DNA of 64,000 nt from Octopus sinensis. Taxonomy: Eukaryota. The position numbers and the translations under genes are program-made. This document shows, piece by piece, positions 1-13,434 of the stretch. Position 1 is the stretch's first letter. Each line of letters opens with the position of its first letter. Location: the NCBI RefSeq assembly GCF_006345805.1, contig NC_043002.1, forward strand, positions 31,372,001-31,436,000, read 5' to 3'. The notes beneath the pieces are model-generated. The model had not been told where the DNA came from and searched no databases. It saw nothing but the letters and a program-made list of their open reading frames with translations.

Positions 1-797
1 CAGAAGCAGTCCAACGTGTCGAGTATGCAAGCAACAAAATGAAACCATTGACCATGTGGTCTCCAAGTGCAGTCTTCTAGCGCCTACAAAGTATCTCAAC
101 AGGCACGATAGAGCTGCACAATATATTCACTGGGTAGTCTGTAAAAACCTGGATTTGCCCCATGAAAAAAACTGGTGGGAACACAAACCACCCCCAGTGC
201 TTGAAAATGACCACATCTCACTCCTCTGGAACTTCACCATTCAAACTGACAGAAAGATAGATGCAAATAGGCCAGACATCATATTGAAAGACTTCAAACA
301 AAGAACATGCCTCCTCATTGATATGACTGTCCCAATCGATATAAACGTATCTGTCAAGACCTACCAAAAACTGAGCAAATATAAAGATCTTGAAATAGAA
401 ATCAGCAAAATGTGGAACCTGAAGACTAAAACAATACCTGTTGTCATAGGTGCCCTGGGAATGATAGCAAAAGGGGCTGATAGCTACCTAACTCAGATAC
501 CAGGAAACTCAAAAATGGCAGAAATTCAAAAGATAGTGCTCATGGGAACTGCTCATATCCTACGCAAAATACTTTCTATGTAATCTCAAGGTTTAAAACA
601 AACATAATTTTCGGTTTAAAAAAAAAAAAAAAAAAACACTTTTTTTTAGACATTCATTAGTACAACACCCCCACCCCTCAAATATATGGCACACTAGGCA
701 TAACAACAACATGAACTTCCAACCCTGTTGTCTCTTGAGGTCTCTGGGTGAGACTTGGAGCCAACTTGTACAAATATAAAGCAAAAGTCAAACATAG
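1..797 (+). mobile_element. 3' end of RLE-type (R4/Dong-like) retrotransposon including ~210-nt 3' UTR
   Basis: ORF ends at 583; the UTR runs to ...gtcaaacatag and is followed immediately by (AAT)n from 798. Confidence 0.85.
2..583 (+). CDS. C-terminal part of a non-LTR retrotransposon ORF (CCHC knuckle + restriction-like endonuclease), R4/Dong-like; 5'-truncated by window edge
   Basis: Frame is open from nt 2: CRVCKQQNETIDHVVSKC (C-x2-C-x8-H-x4-C), then RHD, WWEHKP, NRPDII, LLIDMTVP, KLSKYKDL, PVVIGALG. These are the motifs of the PD-(D/E)xK restriction-like endonuclease of site-specific LINEs. No stops or frameshifts. Confidence 0.92.
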   Translation, partial: RSSPTCRVCKQQNETIDHVVSKCSLLAPTKYLNRHDRAAQYIHWVVCKNLDLPHEKNWWEHKPPPVLENDHISLLWNFTIQTDRKIDANRPDIILKDFKQRTCLLIDMTVPIDINVSVKTYQKLSKYKDLEIEISKMWNLKTKTIPVVIGALGMIAKGADSYLTQIPGNSKMAEIQKIVLMGTAHILRKILSM

Positions 798-816
798 AAT
801 AATAATAATAATAATA

Positions 817-882
<66 letters not shown>

Positions 883-911
883 TAATAGTAGTAATAATAA
901 TATTAATAATC
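798..911 (+). repeat. (AAT/TAA)n microsatellite at the retrotransposon 3' junction
   Basis: Direct reading. Confidence 0.97.
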
Positions 912-1276
912 AACGAGTTCAAAATTTTGGTCATAGTAGGCTGCATAATGAGGGCTCAAAAAGATATGCATTTTAGATTATATAAAACTAAGAGAGTGAT
1001 TCATATTCAACATTGCAATTCGGATATAAAAAAGAAGAAATATGAATGAAGAATTATCAAAAAGGTAAAGGTTGCCTAGTTGCATCATGGTTCCAGGAAA
1101 GTCCGAAGATAAAAAACAAAACAAAAAAAACGTTCTTATATCCTTAAAAATATACTTACTATCTAAGTCTTTTGTTATGTATTGATAATCACTGCCATTT
1201 TTTTAGCACGTCCCCTACCATGTGTATATCCAAACTGTGCATTGAAATAACAACAAAAATACAATAAAAGTAATAA

Positions 1277-1313
1277 TATTATTATTTATCATTATTATTA
1301 TTATTATCATCAC

Positions 1314-1369
<56 letters not shown>

Positions 1370-1372
1370 ACA

Positions 1373-1409
<37 letters not shown>

Positions 1410-1433
1410 CATCATCATCATTATTATTATTAT

Positions 1434-1492
<59 letters not shown>

Positions 1493-1519
1493 TCATCATT
1501 ATTACTATCATTATTACTA

Positions 1520-1576
<57 letters not shown>
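1277..1576. repeat. Compound trinucleotide microsatellite (ATT)n-(ATC)n-(ACT)n
   Basis: Direct reading. Confidence 0.97.
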
Positions 1577-1578
<2 letters not shown>

Positions 1579-1669
1579 ATTTTGCGTTGAAACGCAAACA
1601 CGGCCAGTTTTGACTTTCAGCATTTCGGGGTCGTTAAGATTGTTCTTGTGTGAAAATATGAATCCAAAT

Positions 1670-1795
1670 GCAAGCGAGATGGTAAGATCGTTAGCATGTC
1701 AGACAAAAGGATTAGTGGCACTTGTTCCGGTTTTACATTCTAAGTTCAAATTCCGGTCAACTCCACCTCCCATCATTTCAGAGGAGATAGAAACT
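1670..1795 (+). mobile_element. Decayed SINE group B 5' fragment
   Basis: gcgagatggtaagatcgttagc ... ttctaagttcaaattccgg resembles the group B head (gcgagctggcagaatcgttagc ... ctgagttcaaattccg). Confidence 0.5.
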
Positions 1796-2109
1796 AATAT
1801 TACAAATCTGGCGTCGATGATATAGACAAAAACCGTTTCCAACAAAATTTCAGGCCATTTGCCTTTCGCTAAAAGGATTAATAATTGAAAATAATAATAA
1901 TATCAATAATATTTTACTCACACAAGTAACACTTCAAAATCAAATGCAATTAATTATTGTCTTAGTGTTTCATATTTTGTTTAAGATGTTTTGAAAATAT
2001 ATTTTATAGAGTACAACAATATTTTTTTATTCAATTCCTGCTCCGTACATATCTTACTCATTAATACAAACATATGTACAGACACATGTACCGACACAAA
2101 AATACAAAT

Positions 2110-2306
2110 ATATGTATGTATGCGTGCATGTATGTATGTACGTATGTGTGTATGTATGTATGTATGTATGTATGTATATATGTATATGTGTATGTATGTA
2201 TGTATGTATGTATATATGTATGTATGCATGTATGCATGCATGTATGTATGTATCTATCTATCTATACCTATATATATATATATAATATATACTGTCTCTG
2301 TATATA

Positions 2307-2354
<48 letters not shown>

Positions 2355-2794
2355 ATATAATATATATATATATATACATATATATATACATACATACATA
2401 TGCCTGTGTTTGTGTTTGTGTGTCTAGTACATATACATTTGTATGTACTTGCAAACACACAGACAAAAACACATACACACATATGAAAATGTCTCTCTCT
2501 CTCTCTCTCGCTCTCTCTCTTCCTTCTCAGTATATATACATATATATATAAATATGTGTGAGTATGTGCTATATATATATATATAATATATATATATATT
2601 ATATATATATATATATCATAACATACTTCCTTATATAACAATACATATATGAAATCGTATATTTATGCTTCTAGAAGTACATATATTCACACCTACTCAC
2701 AAACACACACATATATGTACCTGCGTGAGCATGTGGGTGTATGTTTGTGTGCAGGTCTTTATGAGTGCGCGAGTGTGTGTATGTGTGTGTGTGT

Positions 2795-2830
<36 letters not shown>

Positions 2831-2835
2831 CGTGT
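2110..2835. repeat. Compound (TATG)n/(TA)n/(CT)n/(TG)n microsatellite block, representative of many such blocks across the window
   Basis: Direct reading; it explains the overlapping YI/VC/HT-rich ORFs. Confidence 0.95.
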
Positions 2836-3134
2836 GTATAGTTCCATCTATGTAACTCGTCTGTCTGTCCGTTTATATCTCTTAAATAAAATTGTACTGT
2901 ATGGTTTAACGACTTTGAAGTGATGAATAAAAAATGAAAGCATTTCAAGATCATGGCATTTGACGTATTTCTCTATTGATAAGATCGACCAATTCAAATA
3001 GAATACTGGCACCGTCAAATATACTGCTTATGGTGATAAAACTAAATTCCATTGAAGACATATTTACACATTTTTCTCACATATATCTGCAAACAGACGT
3101 TTACTTAGAAAGAAATATATGTATACATATTTGC

Positions 3135-3172
<38 letters not shown>

Positions 3173-3265
3173 AGTTCGTGTCGCCTGTGTGAGCATAAGA
3201 GTGTATATATGTATATTTAAATATATATAGGCATGTATATGTTTATATATAAATAATCATATACG

Positions 3266-3302
<37 letters not shown>

Positions 3303-3889
3303 CACATATTTGTAGGTATATATGTACATATATATATACATATACATACATACGCAAATTTATAGGTGCATATGACCGTGTAGATGTGCCTTAGTGTATG
3401 CGCCTAGGCGTATGTGTTTATTTGAAAAAAACATGCATATGTATTATTAAATATATGTATATTTGTGTAATTACACATACGTAATTACACATACGTATAT
3501 ATGCACAACTATATTCACATATACATACCGAATAATTATTTGATCATGTGTGTATGTACGTATGTTTATGTTTACGAGTGGGTACTCGTCTCAATGCTAT
3601 TGTCCGTACGCATGTGTGTACATCTAAATGCTTTTATATTCATGTATATATGTATATATATGTAAATATTCCGTCTTAAAAAGATGTTCCCACATTTTCC
3701 TCATGAATACTTAATCATGAGTTTATATTGGATAATAAATCATATATGTTAATCCACACGCGTCTTTGCAAAGCTGCGTAAAGGTATGCGCGTGTTCGGC
3801 ACCATATGCGTACGGTTATGTATGAATCTGAATATATATATCTACGCATACATACATAAATATACATATCTATACACACACACACACCC

Positions 3890-3922
<33 letters not shown>

Positions 3923-5339
3923 TATACATATATATATATATTATATATATATATATATATGTTTATATATTTTGTATATATATATTTGCATATATATATA
4001 TATATATATAGATATATATATACACTTCTTACGGTCGTGTGTGTTTTTATGTTAGGATGCGTCTTACTCTGTATTTTTGTGTTCATGCATATGTATTTTC
4101 AGCCTATGTTTACACACACACACACACGTATACACACAAACATATACATACACACACAAGTATATATATATATATATATATATATATACTTACATGCAAA
4201 TTCACAGAGATTCGTATACACGAATGTATGTATATATATATATATGTGTGTGTACCTCCACCCACATAGAATTCGTATGCATATGTATGTATTTATGAAG
4301 ATGCATAGAAATATGTGTATGCGTGTGCTTGTGTTTTAGTCTGTGTGCATATACATATACATGCGTTCTTACATATAAGCATATCTATATATTCGAGATT
4401 ATTTGCTCGTGAGTGTCGGTGTGCGTTTTGCATGTAGGTTTGTGATTTTCTAGTCCTCTATAAATTAACTTCAACTTCTACGCGATTTTTACATACATTT
4501 CTGTGCGTGTATATATGCGTATGATTACTAGTACGTGTTTAAGTAGGTGCGAGCTGTGTGCTTCTGTGTCTGTGTGAATAACGCATATTTTTCTCTGTGT
4601 GTCAATGTGTGCATAATTTCTCGTGTGTTTGTGTGTTCAGAATTTGTCTGGAAAAAGATTTTCATCATAAGTAATTGATCGCCCTCTGAAATTGAAACTA
4701 TAAATCTTCGGTATAAAGCGTACAGTATATCATGGCGGAAAAAGAAGTAAAAAATAGGAGATAGCGAAATGATACTCCAAAATGGTGGAATGATTGATAC
4801 ACGTTGGATAATTTATAAACAATATGGCGTGTCTGTTTATAACACTATACAGTACAATGGAAGGAACTTTGAAAACGATAACGGAGACCGAAAATTCTTA
4901 AATGATATAATAAAATACAGATGAAGTATACATTTAGGATAAGCATTTTAAAATATGCATGTAGAACCTGATTGAGTAGCTTCCCGCTTTTTCATATGGC
5001 TTTTCAAGAATATGTTTTCACTTGATGCATTGAATCTAGACATGTAAAGATTTAGACTAAAATTTGGTTCCTTCAAAAGCTAGCATTTAATATAGTTTAA
5101 CATATTGACGAGATTCTTACATGAAATTTCTTGGCTTGTGTAGAGAAAGTATCATGCAAATGTTTATTATTGTGGCCAGTTGGTGAATATTTATTATAAT
5201 TTTTAGTTTCTCCTTCGTTCGGGAAGAAATGAGTGTAAAATATGCGAAATAATATAAACACATTTATGCATACATACATACATACATAATACTTACATAT
5301 ATATTTATATATATGTATATATGCTTGTGTACATCTATA

Positions 5340-5545
5340 TAGTGAATCCAAACATGAACAAAGAGAAAACACAACAACGCGAGGACGTGGAACAAGTATA
5401 GTGTTATTGGACGCTCAGGAAAGGAAAGGAAGAAAGACGATTTAACGTTCCGAGCGGAGCTCTTCGTCAGAAATATAGAAAAAGGAAAGATCCAAGGAAA
5501 TGAAGACGGATAAAGAAAATCGCCAACGATACACACGCGGTCACA
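5340..5545 (-). mobile_element. Short Penelope pLTR-like non-autonomous element carrying a hammerhead motif
   Basis: Minus strand reads: pyrimidine-rich tract, hammerhead motif, tttcctgagcg, T-rich tract, then (TA)-rich flank. Same order and shared tttcctgagcg as 27880-28160. Confidence 0.65.
5440..5474 (-). ncRNA. Minimal type-I hammerhead ribozyme motif (one core substitution)
   Basis: Minus strand: attt-CTGACGA-A-GAGC-tcc-GCTC-GGAAC-GTT-aaat. Stem I attt/aaat, stem II GAGC/GCTC, self-complementary AACGTT stem III; GAAA is changed to GGAA. Confidence 0.7.
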
Positions 5546-5605
5546 CACACACAGAGACGCAGACACCCACCCACACACACACACAAATATATATATAGAG
5601 AGAGA

Positions 5606-6197
5606 TATAAACAAAATATTCAAACACTAAGATTTGAAATAAGATGTCACTATTGTTAATATCATCTGTGGTCTGCAGGCAAATAGCATTATTTAGCTAT
5701 AAATTACAAATTAGTACGAAGCGTAAGGATGCAGAAAAGCGCCAACTTGTATAAATGAGAGCTAAAGTATTAATTAAACCACCGTAAAGCACCAAGATAA
5801 CAGAAAAATAACAGTATGAGAGGAAAAGGAAAGAATTATTACATTCAAAAGCACAACTGTGAAAGATTATGCAATTTAGGACATCCACATACCCGGGTTT
5901 CGGCTTTTGGAAATGTTTTCCTTGAGCTTCTTCAGTGTACACCACATAGTAAAAGTTTCAGACCGTCACGTGATATTCCGTTGATGTAGTGGTTTCCTTT
6001 CCTCCAGAAACAGCACATGGTGCAGAAATATTTATAAACACAATATTCAAGCACTAAGATTTGAAATAAAATGTCACTACTGTTAATATCATCTATGGAT
6101 AAATTTTAAAATTGATGTTATCTCAGTAGTAACATACGTGCTTCGCAGGCAAAAAACATTATTTAGCTAAAAATTACATATTAGCACGAAACATAAG
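5606..6197 (+). repeat. Diverged direct repeat pair (~5606-5727 and ~6033-6197), 427-bp offset
   Basis: tataaacaaaatattcaaacactaagatttgaaataagatgtcactattgttaatatcatc vs tataaacacaatattcaagcactaagatttgaaataaaatgtcactactgttaatatcatc. Similarity resumes after an indel (gcaggcaaa...cattatttagcta). Confidence 0.85.
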
Positions 6198-6246
6198 ACT
6201 TATATAGATACATGTATGCGATTTTGTGTCTATGTTCGTGTGTGTC

Positions 6247-6302
<56 letters not shown>

Positions 6303-6360
6303 ATATATATATACATGTGTGTGTGTGTTTGTTTGTTTGTATATAAAGGAAACAAGTAAC

Positions 6361-6533
6361 AAGGGTGTCCAGATATCAATTCATTACGGCCGTTTCAAGC
6401 GGCACTGCTCAATGCCAACATTACATCAATTTCAAATAAACAGCTTTATTTTAAATTAATGTAATTTTTGAATTGATCGATTAAATGGAGCCGCTTGAAA
6501 CAGCCGTAATGCACTAATATATGTACATCCCTT
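6361..6533. mobile_element. Small MITE with ~43-bp imperfect terminal inverted repeats (Tc1/mariner-like)
   Basis: Left aagggtgtccagatatcaattcattacggccgtttcaagcggc is the approximate reverse complement of right gccgcttgaaacagccgtaatgcactaatatatgtacatccctt. Confidence 0.7.
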
Positions 6534-6599
6534 TTACTTATTTGCTTTTAATTCAACTAACTTCGAGTTGTGCGTACAATACCGGACTGATTTGGTGCC

Positions 6600-7580
6600 T
6601 CAACTTAAGTGCTTAATTCAACTGCACTGGTTCCACTCCCGAACTATATGGCCGTTATATTGACGACTCTATCGGTGCAGCTCACTCTCCGCGAACATCT
6701 AGACTCCTTCCTCTCTTTTGCCAAATATTTCCATCCTGCCCTCCACTTCTCCTGCACTATGTCTGACACCTCTGTCTCCTTTCTTGATATTTCGGTCAGC
6801 ATTCATCACTCCACTCTCACCACCTCCATCCACTACAAACACAACGAATCACATTCACACCTCAAATTCTCCTCCTCGCACCCTAATCACACCAAGTTTT
6901 ACATCCCCTATTCCCAGTCCCTCCGTCTATGCAGGCTCTGTAGTGACGACCACGACTGAGATTCAGTCTCAACTCATGGCTCGTCACTTCATCCTACGTG
7001 GATATCTCCTCACCACCCTTGCCAGAGCACGTTCCGTAGGTCGTGCATTAGCTTTCATCCCGCACCCACCCCGCCGTCTCTTATTTCCACTCAACTACCA
7101 CCCCACCACCATACCTCTCCAACACACAATTCTCAGATCCTTCCGGCGACTCCAGTCCATTCCGCCCCACCGGCCTCTCTTTGCAACAGCTGTCTGTGTT
7201 CGGATTGTCTTTGCACAGGGGCCAACCAAACTCCCATCTTCGCCGTGAACAAGAATTAATCTTCTCTCTTCGCTCCTTTGTGCCACATGAGCTCAACTTT
7301 CCTCCCTCTACATCTAACCCTCCTTCCCTCTCCTCTCTTCCTCTCACACCTACTTCATCCCCCACATCTCCTCTCTTGCTTCGACTCCTACTTCTCTTCA
7401 CTCCTACCCTCCTTCTCTCTTCTATTCACTCCTACCCACCTTCTCCCTTCCACTTCTTCCTTCATTGTCACCTCTCCCTCGAAACCCCCACCCCTACTCA
7501 ATCCAAATGCACCTTCCTTATCCATACTATCCCACACCCACCCCATCCCTTACACCCACTCCCACACTCTTCGATAAAAA
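6600..7580 (+). pseudogene. Decayed Penelope-like element: RT C-terminus, partial GIY-YIG C-terminus and pyrimidine-rich 3' region
   Basis: PELYGRYIDD (YIDD at 6656-6667), then frameshift to FHPALHF..SVSFLDISV..TSIHYK..SHLKFSSSHP..IPYSQSLRLCRLCS. LSVFGLSLHRG..RREQELIFSLRS at 7181+ matches the GIY-YIG copy at 26.9 kb. Confidence 0.88.
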
Positions 7581-7737
7581 TATGAAGTCAGTGCTTCAAC
7601 ATGGCCATACTCAACTAAAACAAGTAAAAAAGTAACAATATATATATATACAATTCCACAGAGTTAAATGGAACCTAACTGAAAGCTAATTCTCTATCTG
7701 CCCCGTGATATATCTCTCTAAACACACTTACACACAC

Positions 7738-7783
<46 letters not shown>

Positions 7784-7954
7784 TTATATATATATATATG
7801 TATATGGGAGCGTGCCATCTTGAATGAGTATAATTCGGTATGCAGTTCTAGCATTTCAACTGCCGCTCACAATGGGAAAGCCTTTTTAAAATTATATAAA
7901 TATAAAATTATTAAATCATAATATTAGGGGATCTTAAAAATAAATTATAGATAT

Positions 7955-8399
7955 GTACTTGCCTAGCACGTTATGTAATCCGAGATCGAGTGCTGTAACA
8001 AAAACAATTGCAGCATGGAAGATATTTGTAAACCTTTCAATAACACACAAATCCGTCAGTTTCAATTCAAACATCTAATTTTCATTTGTGTCAAGATATT
8101 TTTGTCTCTTTGAAACCGCGACCTCTTCACTGACAAAACTTTGCGCTGCATCTGAGAGACTTACAGTTAATTCATGATATTATGTTATGTATGTATATAT
8201 GTTTGTATGTATGCATGTATACATGTATGTGTGCATGTACGCATATATACATTCGTACATACATGCACACATACATACATAAACACATATATATCATGCA
8301 CTAACTGATATTCTCTCAGATGCAGCGCCATGTTTTGTCAGTGAACAAGTCGCGGTTTCAAAGCGACGAAAATATTTGATCACAAGTGAAAATTAAATG
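7955..8399. mobile_element. Foldback/long-TIR element with microsatellite spacer (same family as 26325-26655)
   Basis: 8072-8159 and 8312-8399 are inverted repeats around a (TATG/TACA) spacer; 7955-8070 matches the reverse complement of ~26540-26655. Confidence 0.8.
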
Positions 8400-9474
8400 G
8401 TAAAAATAAATTACACCCTATGAATTTTATGGAAATTTCCATGTAATTTACATAATGTATTCCTGAATATATAATCAACGAAAACCAACTGTTCAAAACT
8501 TTATGTACGCATACTCGATATTTTTTAACATTTCTTTTTTCTTTCTTTTTTCTTTTTTCTATTTTTACTTGTGACAATCATCCGATGGCCGCCATGCTGG
8601 GGAATCCCCTTCAAGGGCCATTCCATTCGTACTAACTTTTATTAACTAAAATAGCCAGTAAGATCCATTGTGGTAGAATCTGAAAGAGTACGAAGATCCT
8701 GTGGTACTCCGAGTGGAGGGCAGGTTATATAGATTAGGAGAGGTACCGAACGTTCGGGAGATAGTTACGATGAGATTCCAAGAGAATGGGAAGTTCAGTC
8801 AGTCAGTTATTTAATTATTATATCGGTGATGTTTACCGAACCTCTAAGTTGTGCGACTTAAACGAACCCACAGCTGTTGTCAAGTTGTGGTGGTGAGTAA
8901 CAAATTCAAATACTCTCATTTATTACACATTGGTTGGTTTAGTTACTTCAATGTGTCACACAGTGGGAATCAAGCCGAAACTACGTGGTCGCTAAGCGAG
9001 ATTATTCACTACATTCCTATGCCTACATCGTTAACATTTATCAAAAACATTTTGATCAGCAAAACGGATGAAACTTCACTCGTGCTGTGATAAATGAAGA
9101 TGATTGACAAAGCATAGATCTACAAGCAATAACATCCTAAATTTTCGTCTGTCCCCAATTAAAGTTACCTATCTATGACTTTTAAAGAAATATCACACGC
9201 AGCATGTAGCAATCATTTAGCATTCATAAAATCGGGTAATTTACGGGTAACCAGTAACTTTTTGGGTATTTTCGGTCTTTTTCAGTCACCATTCTATGTC
9301 ATGAGTAATATTATACAACAACGAACTGGAATAAAAGACAATTCCTCCATGATTCCCAGGAAGGAAGAAATATATATAGCAGCTCAAGTGGTTTAAAAAT
9401 ATAAAGGAGATAAACTTGTGATACTCTCTCCCTCTTTCTCTCCTTCTCTCTCTCTCCCTAGCTCTCTTACTATC

Positions 9475-9982
<508 letters not shown>

Positions 9983-10295
9983 ATATATAAATAAATATAT
10001 ATGTGATTCACATTTTTTTAGTTAGAAATGTTTAGAAGCGCAAGAATTGCTGATCGAAATAGGAGGGAGAATTTGTATTTATACTGGTCAAACCAAACTT
10101 CCTTCGGATAGGTAAGTAGGTAGGTAGGTAGGAAGGTAGGTAGATAGTGAGGGAGGGGTGTAGCTATCTAGGTAGCTAGGTATCTCCTTCACTAGATAGA
10201 TACATAAATGGATATGCGTGTGTACTTCTGTGATATATGCGTGAAAGCGTGCATTTGTAAATACATACATGTGCGTTGCATATGCATACATATAC

Positions 10296-10362
<67 letters not shown>

Positions 10363-10567
10363 TAGATACATACATACATGCACATAGATACTCAACCGCA
10401 TATATATTTCTATATAGCTTTTCTCCCTTCCTCTTATGCTATATATGTATATAGAGTGAGAGAGAGATAGAGGAAACTATATACAAAAAGTCATGTCTCT
10501 TGTAGATTGTAACAAAGTCAAGGAGACATACACATATACACTCACACATAGTCATATATCAACATAC

Positions 10568-10635
<68 letters not shown>

Positions 10636-12384
10636 TGTGTATGTGTGTGGACATATAGATATAAAAAAATAGAAGAGTAAGAAGATATTAAAAGAAAAAT
10701 TGTTTGAGTAGAAACATTTCCATCCATCTTGGAAAGCATGTCTTTTGGTTGTGATCTACTTTCTGTCAAAAATCATGTGCTTACTGACAGTCCACCATTC
10801 TCACCACCACAATTTTTAAAGATATCACGCATACACATCCACTTGAAAGACAGCCTTACGCGATTCACTGTGACAGTCGCCATTCGTAGAAAATAATTTT
10901 ATGAAGAATGATGAATGTGTAAAGAAAGTCCTAATAATTTTCTTCAGCGATCTTCTGCGATGGCCGTAGTAATGCGTGAAGCAAACAATTTGTCAGATTT
11001 GATCCACGTGGAAACGGCAATCTCCAAGACGCTAAGCTGAAATCATATGGGCAAAGATTGTTATAGAAACGTGATATGAATAATGAAACACAAAAGACAA
11101 ACTTTCGATATCTGAATATTCCTTTTCTTTTTTATTTATATTTTAGTAATTTTTTTTGTCTGCTTCTATTTCCGACAGAATTTTCTGGACAATATTTGAT
11201 GAAAAGAGATTTTTTTTTCTTTTCTGTTTTTTCTCACTTCTGTGTTTTTTTTTTTTTTTGATTAAAAAGTAGAGAATATAATATGTAAAATAAAAATTCT
11301 AGAATTAAAATAAATTCATTAATAAATTAATTTACTAAATAAAAGTCATTTATTATATTTTTCTTTTCCATGTCAGAAACTGCAAATAAAAAAAATGTTC
11401 TACAAAAATTGTCATTAGACAATTTTTTTTATATGCACACTTGAGTTAGGAGAATATGAAAACTGACAGTGACTGGAACGGAATCGATAACTTGACTTAG
11501 TTTTGGTATCAAATTTGACGTTGACTATGATGATAATGCTCATGATGATAATGACATTGCTGTCGATCGTGGTGATGATGCTGTCACTGCTGTTGCTGAT
11601 GATAGCGATTTAAAGATGGACTCTCAATGACCCCTTTTACATCACAACCGCCATACTATTTTGGACACGGAAGGACAACAATGTATAAACTAATGATGTG
11701 CATATTCCTAGTTGACCATTCCAAATTTGATAATAGACTCTAAGCTCAAAACATTTCGGTTTGAAATGAATCAGCCCACCTATTTCTAAATAGGCACTAC
11801 TATATATTTTAGTGTTAGAGAGCTACATGCCGATTGGTCTTACAGAGCTGGTTAGGCTGTATCAGCCCAGTATGTTTTATCATAGGGAAAAGTGGTACAA
11901 CTTGAAGACCTAGGCTTCACGTTGTACGACCGCAATAAATCTGTTAAGTCTTTTACCACAGAATAATATACAACATTTCTGAATGTCTACAGGATTTCAG
12001 CACGGAGGAGTCGTTCAGGTCGTGCCCTTTTATTTCGCATTCGTCGACACAGGTAGAGAAGCTACATGGCTCGAGAAGCTATATGGCTGACATGTTTAAG
12101 CTATGTCGTTGCCGTCACATTGTCCGTCCATGCGTGAGCGCCCTCGCCTTTGCTTCCATGGAAGACCTACACCTCATGCTCAGGCAACAAACTACATTTT
12201 TTCGACTCCCCTCCTGATCGCTACCATTTGTGTCATTGTTTCGCCGGGGTTAGCAGCATGTAGGTTTTTTTTTCCTGCCCGCCCAAAACACTTGCTGTCG
12301 CCTATGTACTATACTTCATGTATTGCAATGTATATAACAGCACTGCGACGGCTACGACATTGATCCAGTTGATCTAATCTGCAG

Positions 12385-12585
12385 AACAATCTGCTCGTAA
12401 AATTAACGTTTAGGTGGCAGAGCACTCCACAGGCAGGCGTACAATTAACGTAGTTCCCAGGGCGTTACAGCGTGTCATATAATGTAACAAGGCGGACTCT
12501 ATGAAATTCAGGTACAACTCATTTTTGCCAACCGAATAGATTGGAGAAACATGAAATAAAATGTTGATATTTTCTAACACTCCTT
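12385..12585 (-). mobile_element. Decayed SINE group C body/tail fragment
   Basis: Minus strand ctccaatctattcggttggcaaaaatgag matches ctccagtccaatcagcgggcaaaaatgag in the 47062 copy; downstream sequence differs. Confidence 0.6.
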
Positions 12586-13434
12586 TTTCACTTTTGTTAA
12601 ACAAAATGATACAAAGTGCCGTTGTGAATCGAACTCACAACATTACGATTGTAAGCCCAAAACCTTTACCATTAAGCCACATATCATGTACATATATAAA
12701 GCAATTCTCAACTGATATGGATGATTCTGTGATGCAGATGTGTAAGGTTTTGCCATAAGCGTATATAAATTTGTTGTCAAGTGATAATGAATGTGCAAAT
12801 TTCATGCTTTTCTAAACTGAAATAATTTAATCAGAAATAGAAACTGAATCTTACTTTTATAGCACCTTATGAGCTTTTCTTCTTCTTCTTCTATACAGGT
12901 TGCCATATTTCATGATTAATATTCATTTCATGTTAGTAACGTCAGAGAAAAGTTCGCAATACGATATATCAAATTTTTGCACCGCCATTCTACTGTTGTT
13001 ACTTAATTTCATTAAAATGAAATGATGAAACACAAAATCGACTCTACAGAGATTTTTACCTCAAAAGAGGCGATGAAATTATGTATATTTGCATATAGTA
13101 ATATGATTAAGACGGAAATGCATAGATATTGCAAACGGCTGACGTTTCTATTCTCTTTCGCTCACAAATCATTGCGAAACCTGTTGATATAATACAGTCA
13201 TATTATAAATTGCTATTAATCATCTGTAGCATTTAGTCACTATCGATCTTGCGTTGAAACTCTATACAAGAATAATAAAATGAATTGAACAAATTTGAAG
13301 AAACTGTTTGAGAAACCGTTGATGGTTGATGATAATGATAACAATGATTGTAATGACCACCATCTTGATGATGATGATGGTGATGATGATGATGATGATT
13401 AGGGGGGGATGGGAGGATATTAATTCTTTCTATT

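Noticed and set aside
8630-8810. Insert inside a decayed SINE A with minus-strand FRFYHNG, like CR1-type FYRYYNG
   Set aside because: Similarity too short to support.
10940-11460. Sequence with the feel of a DNA-transposon subterminal region
   Set aside because: No TIR pair, TSD or second copy in the window.
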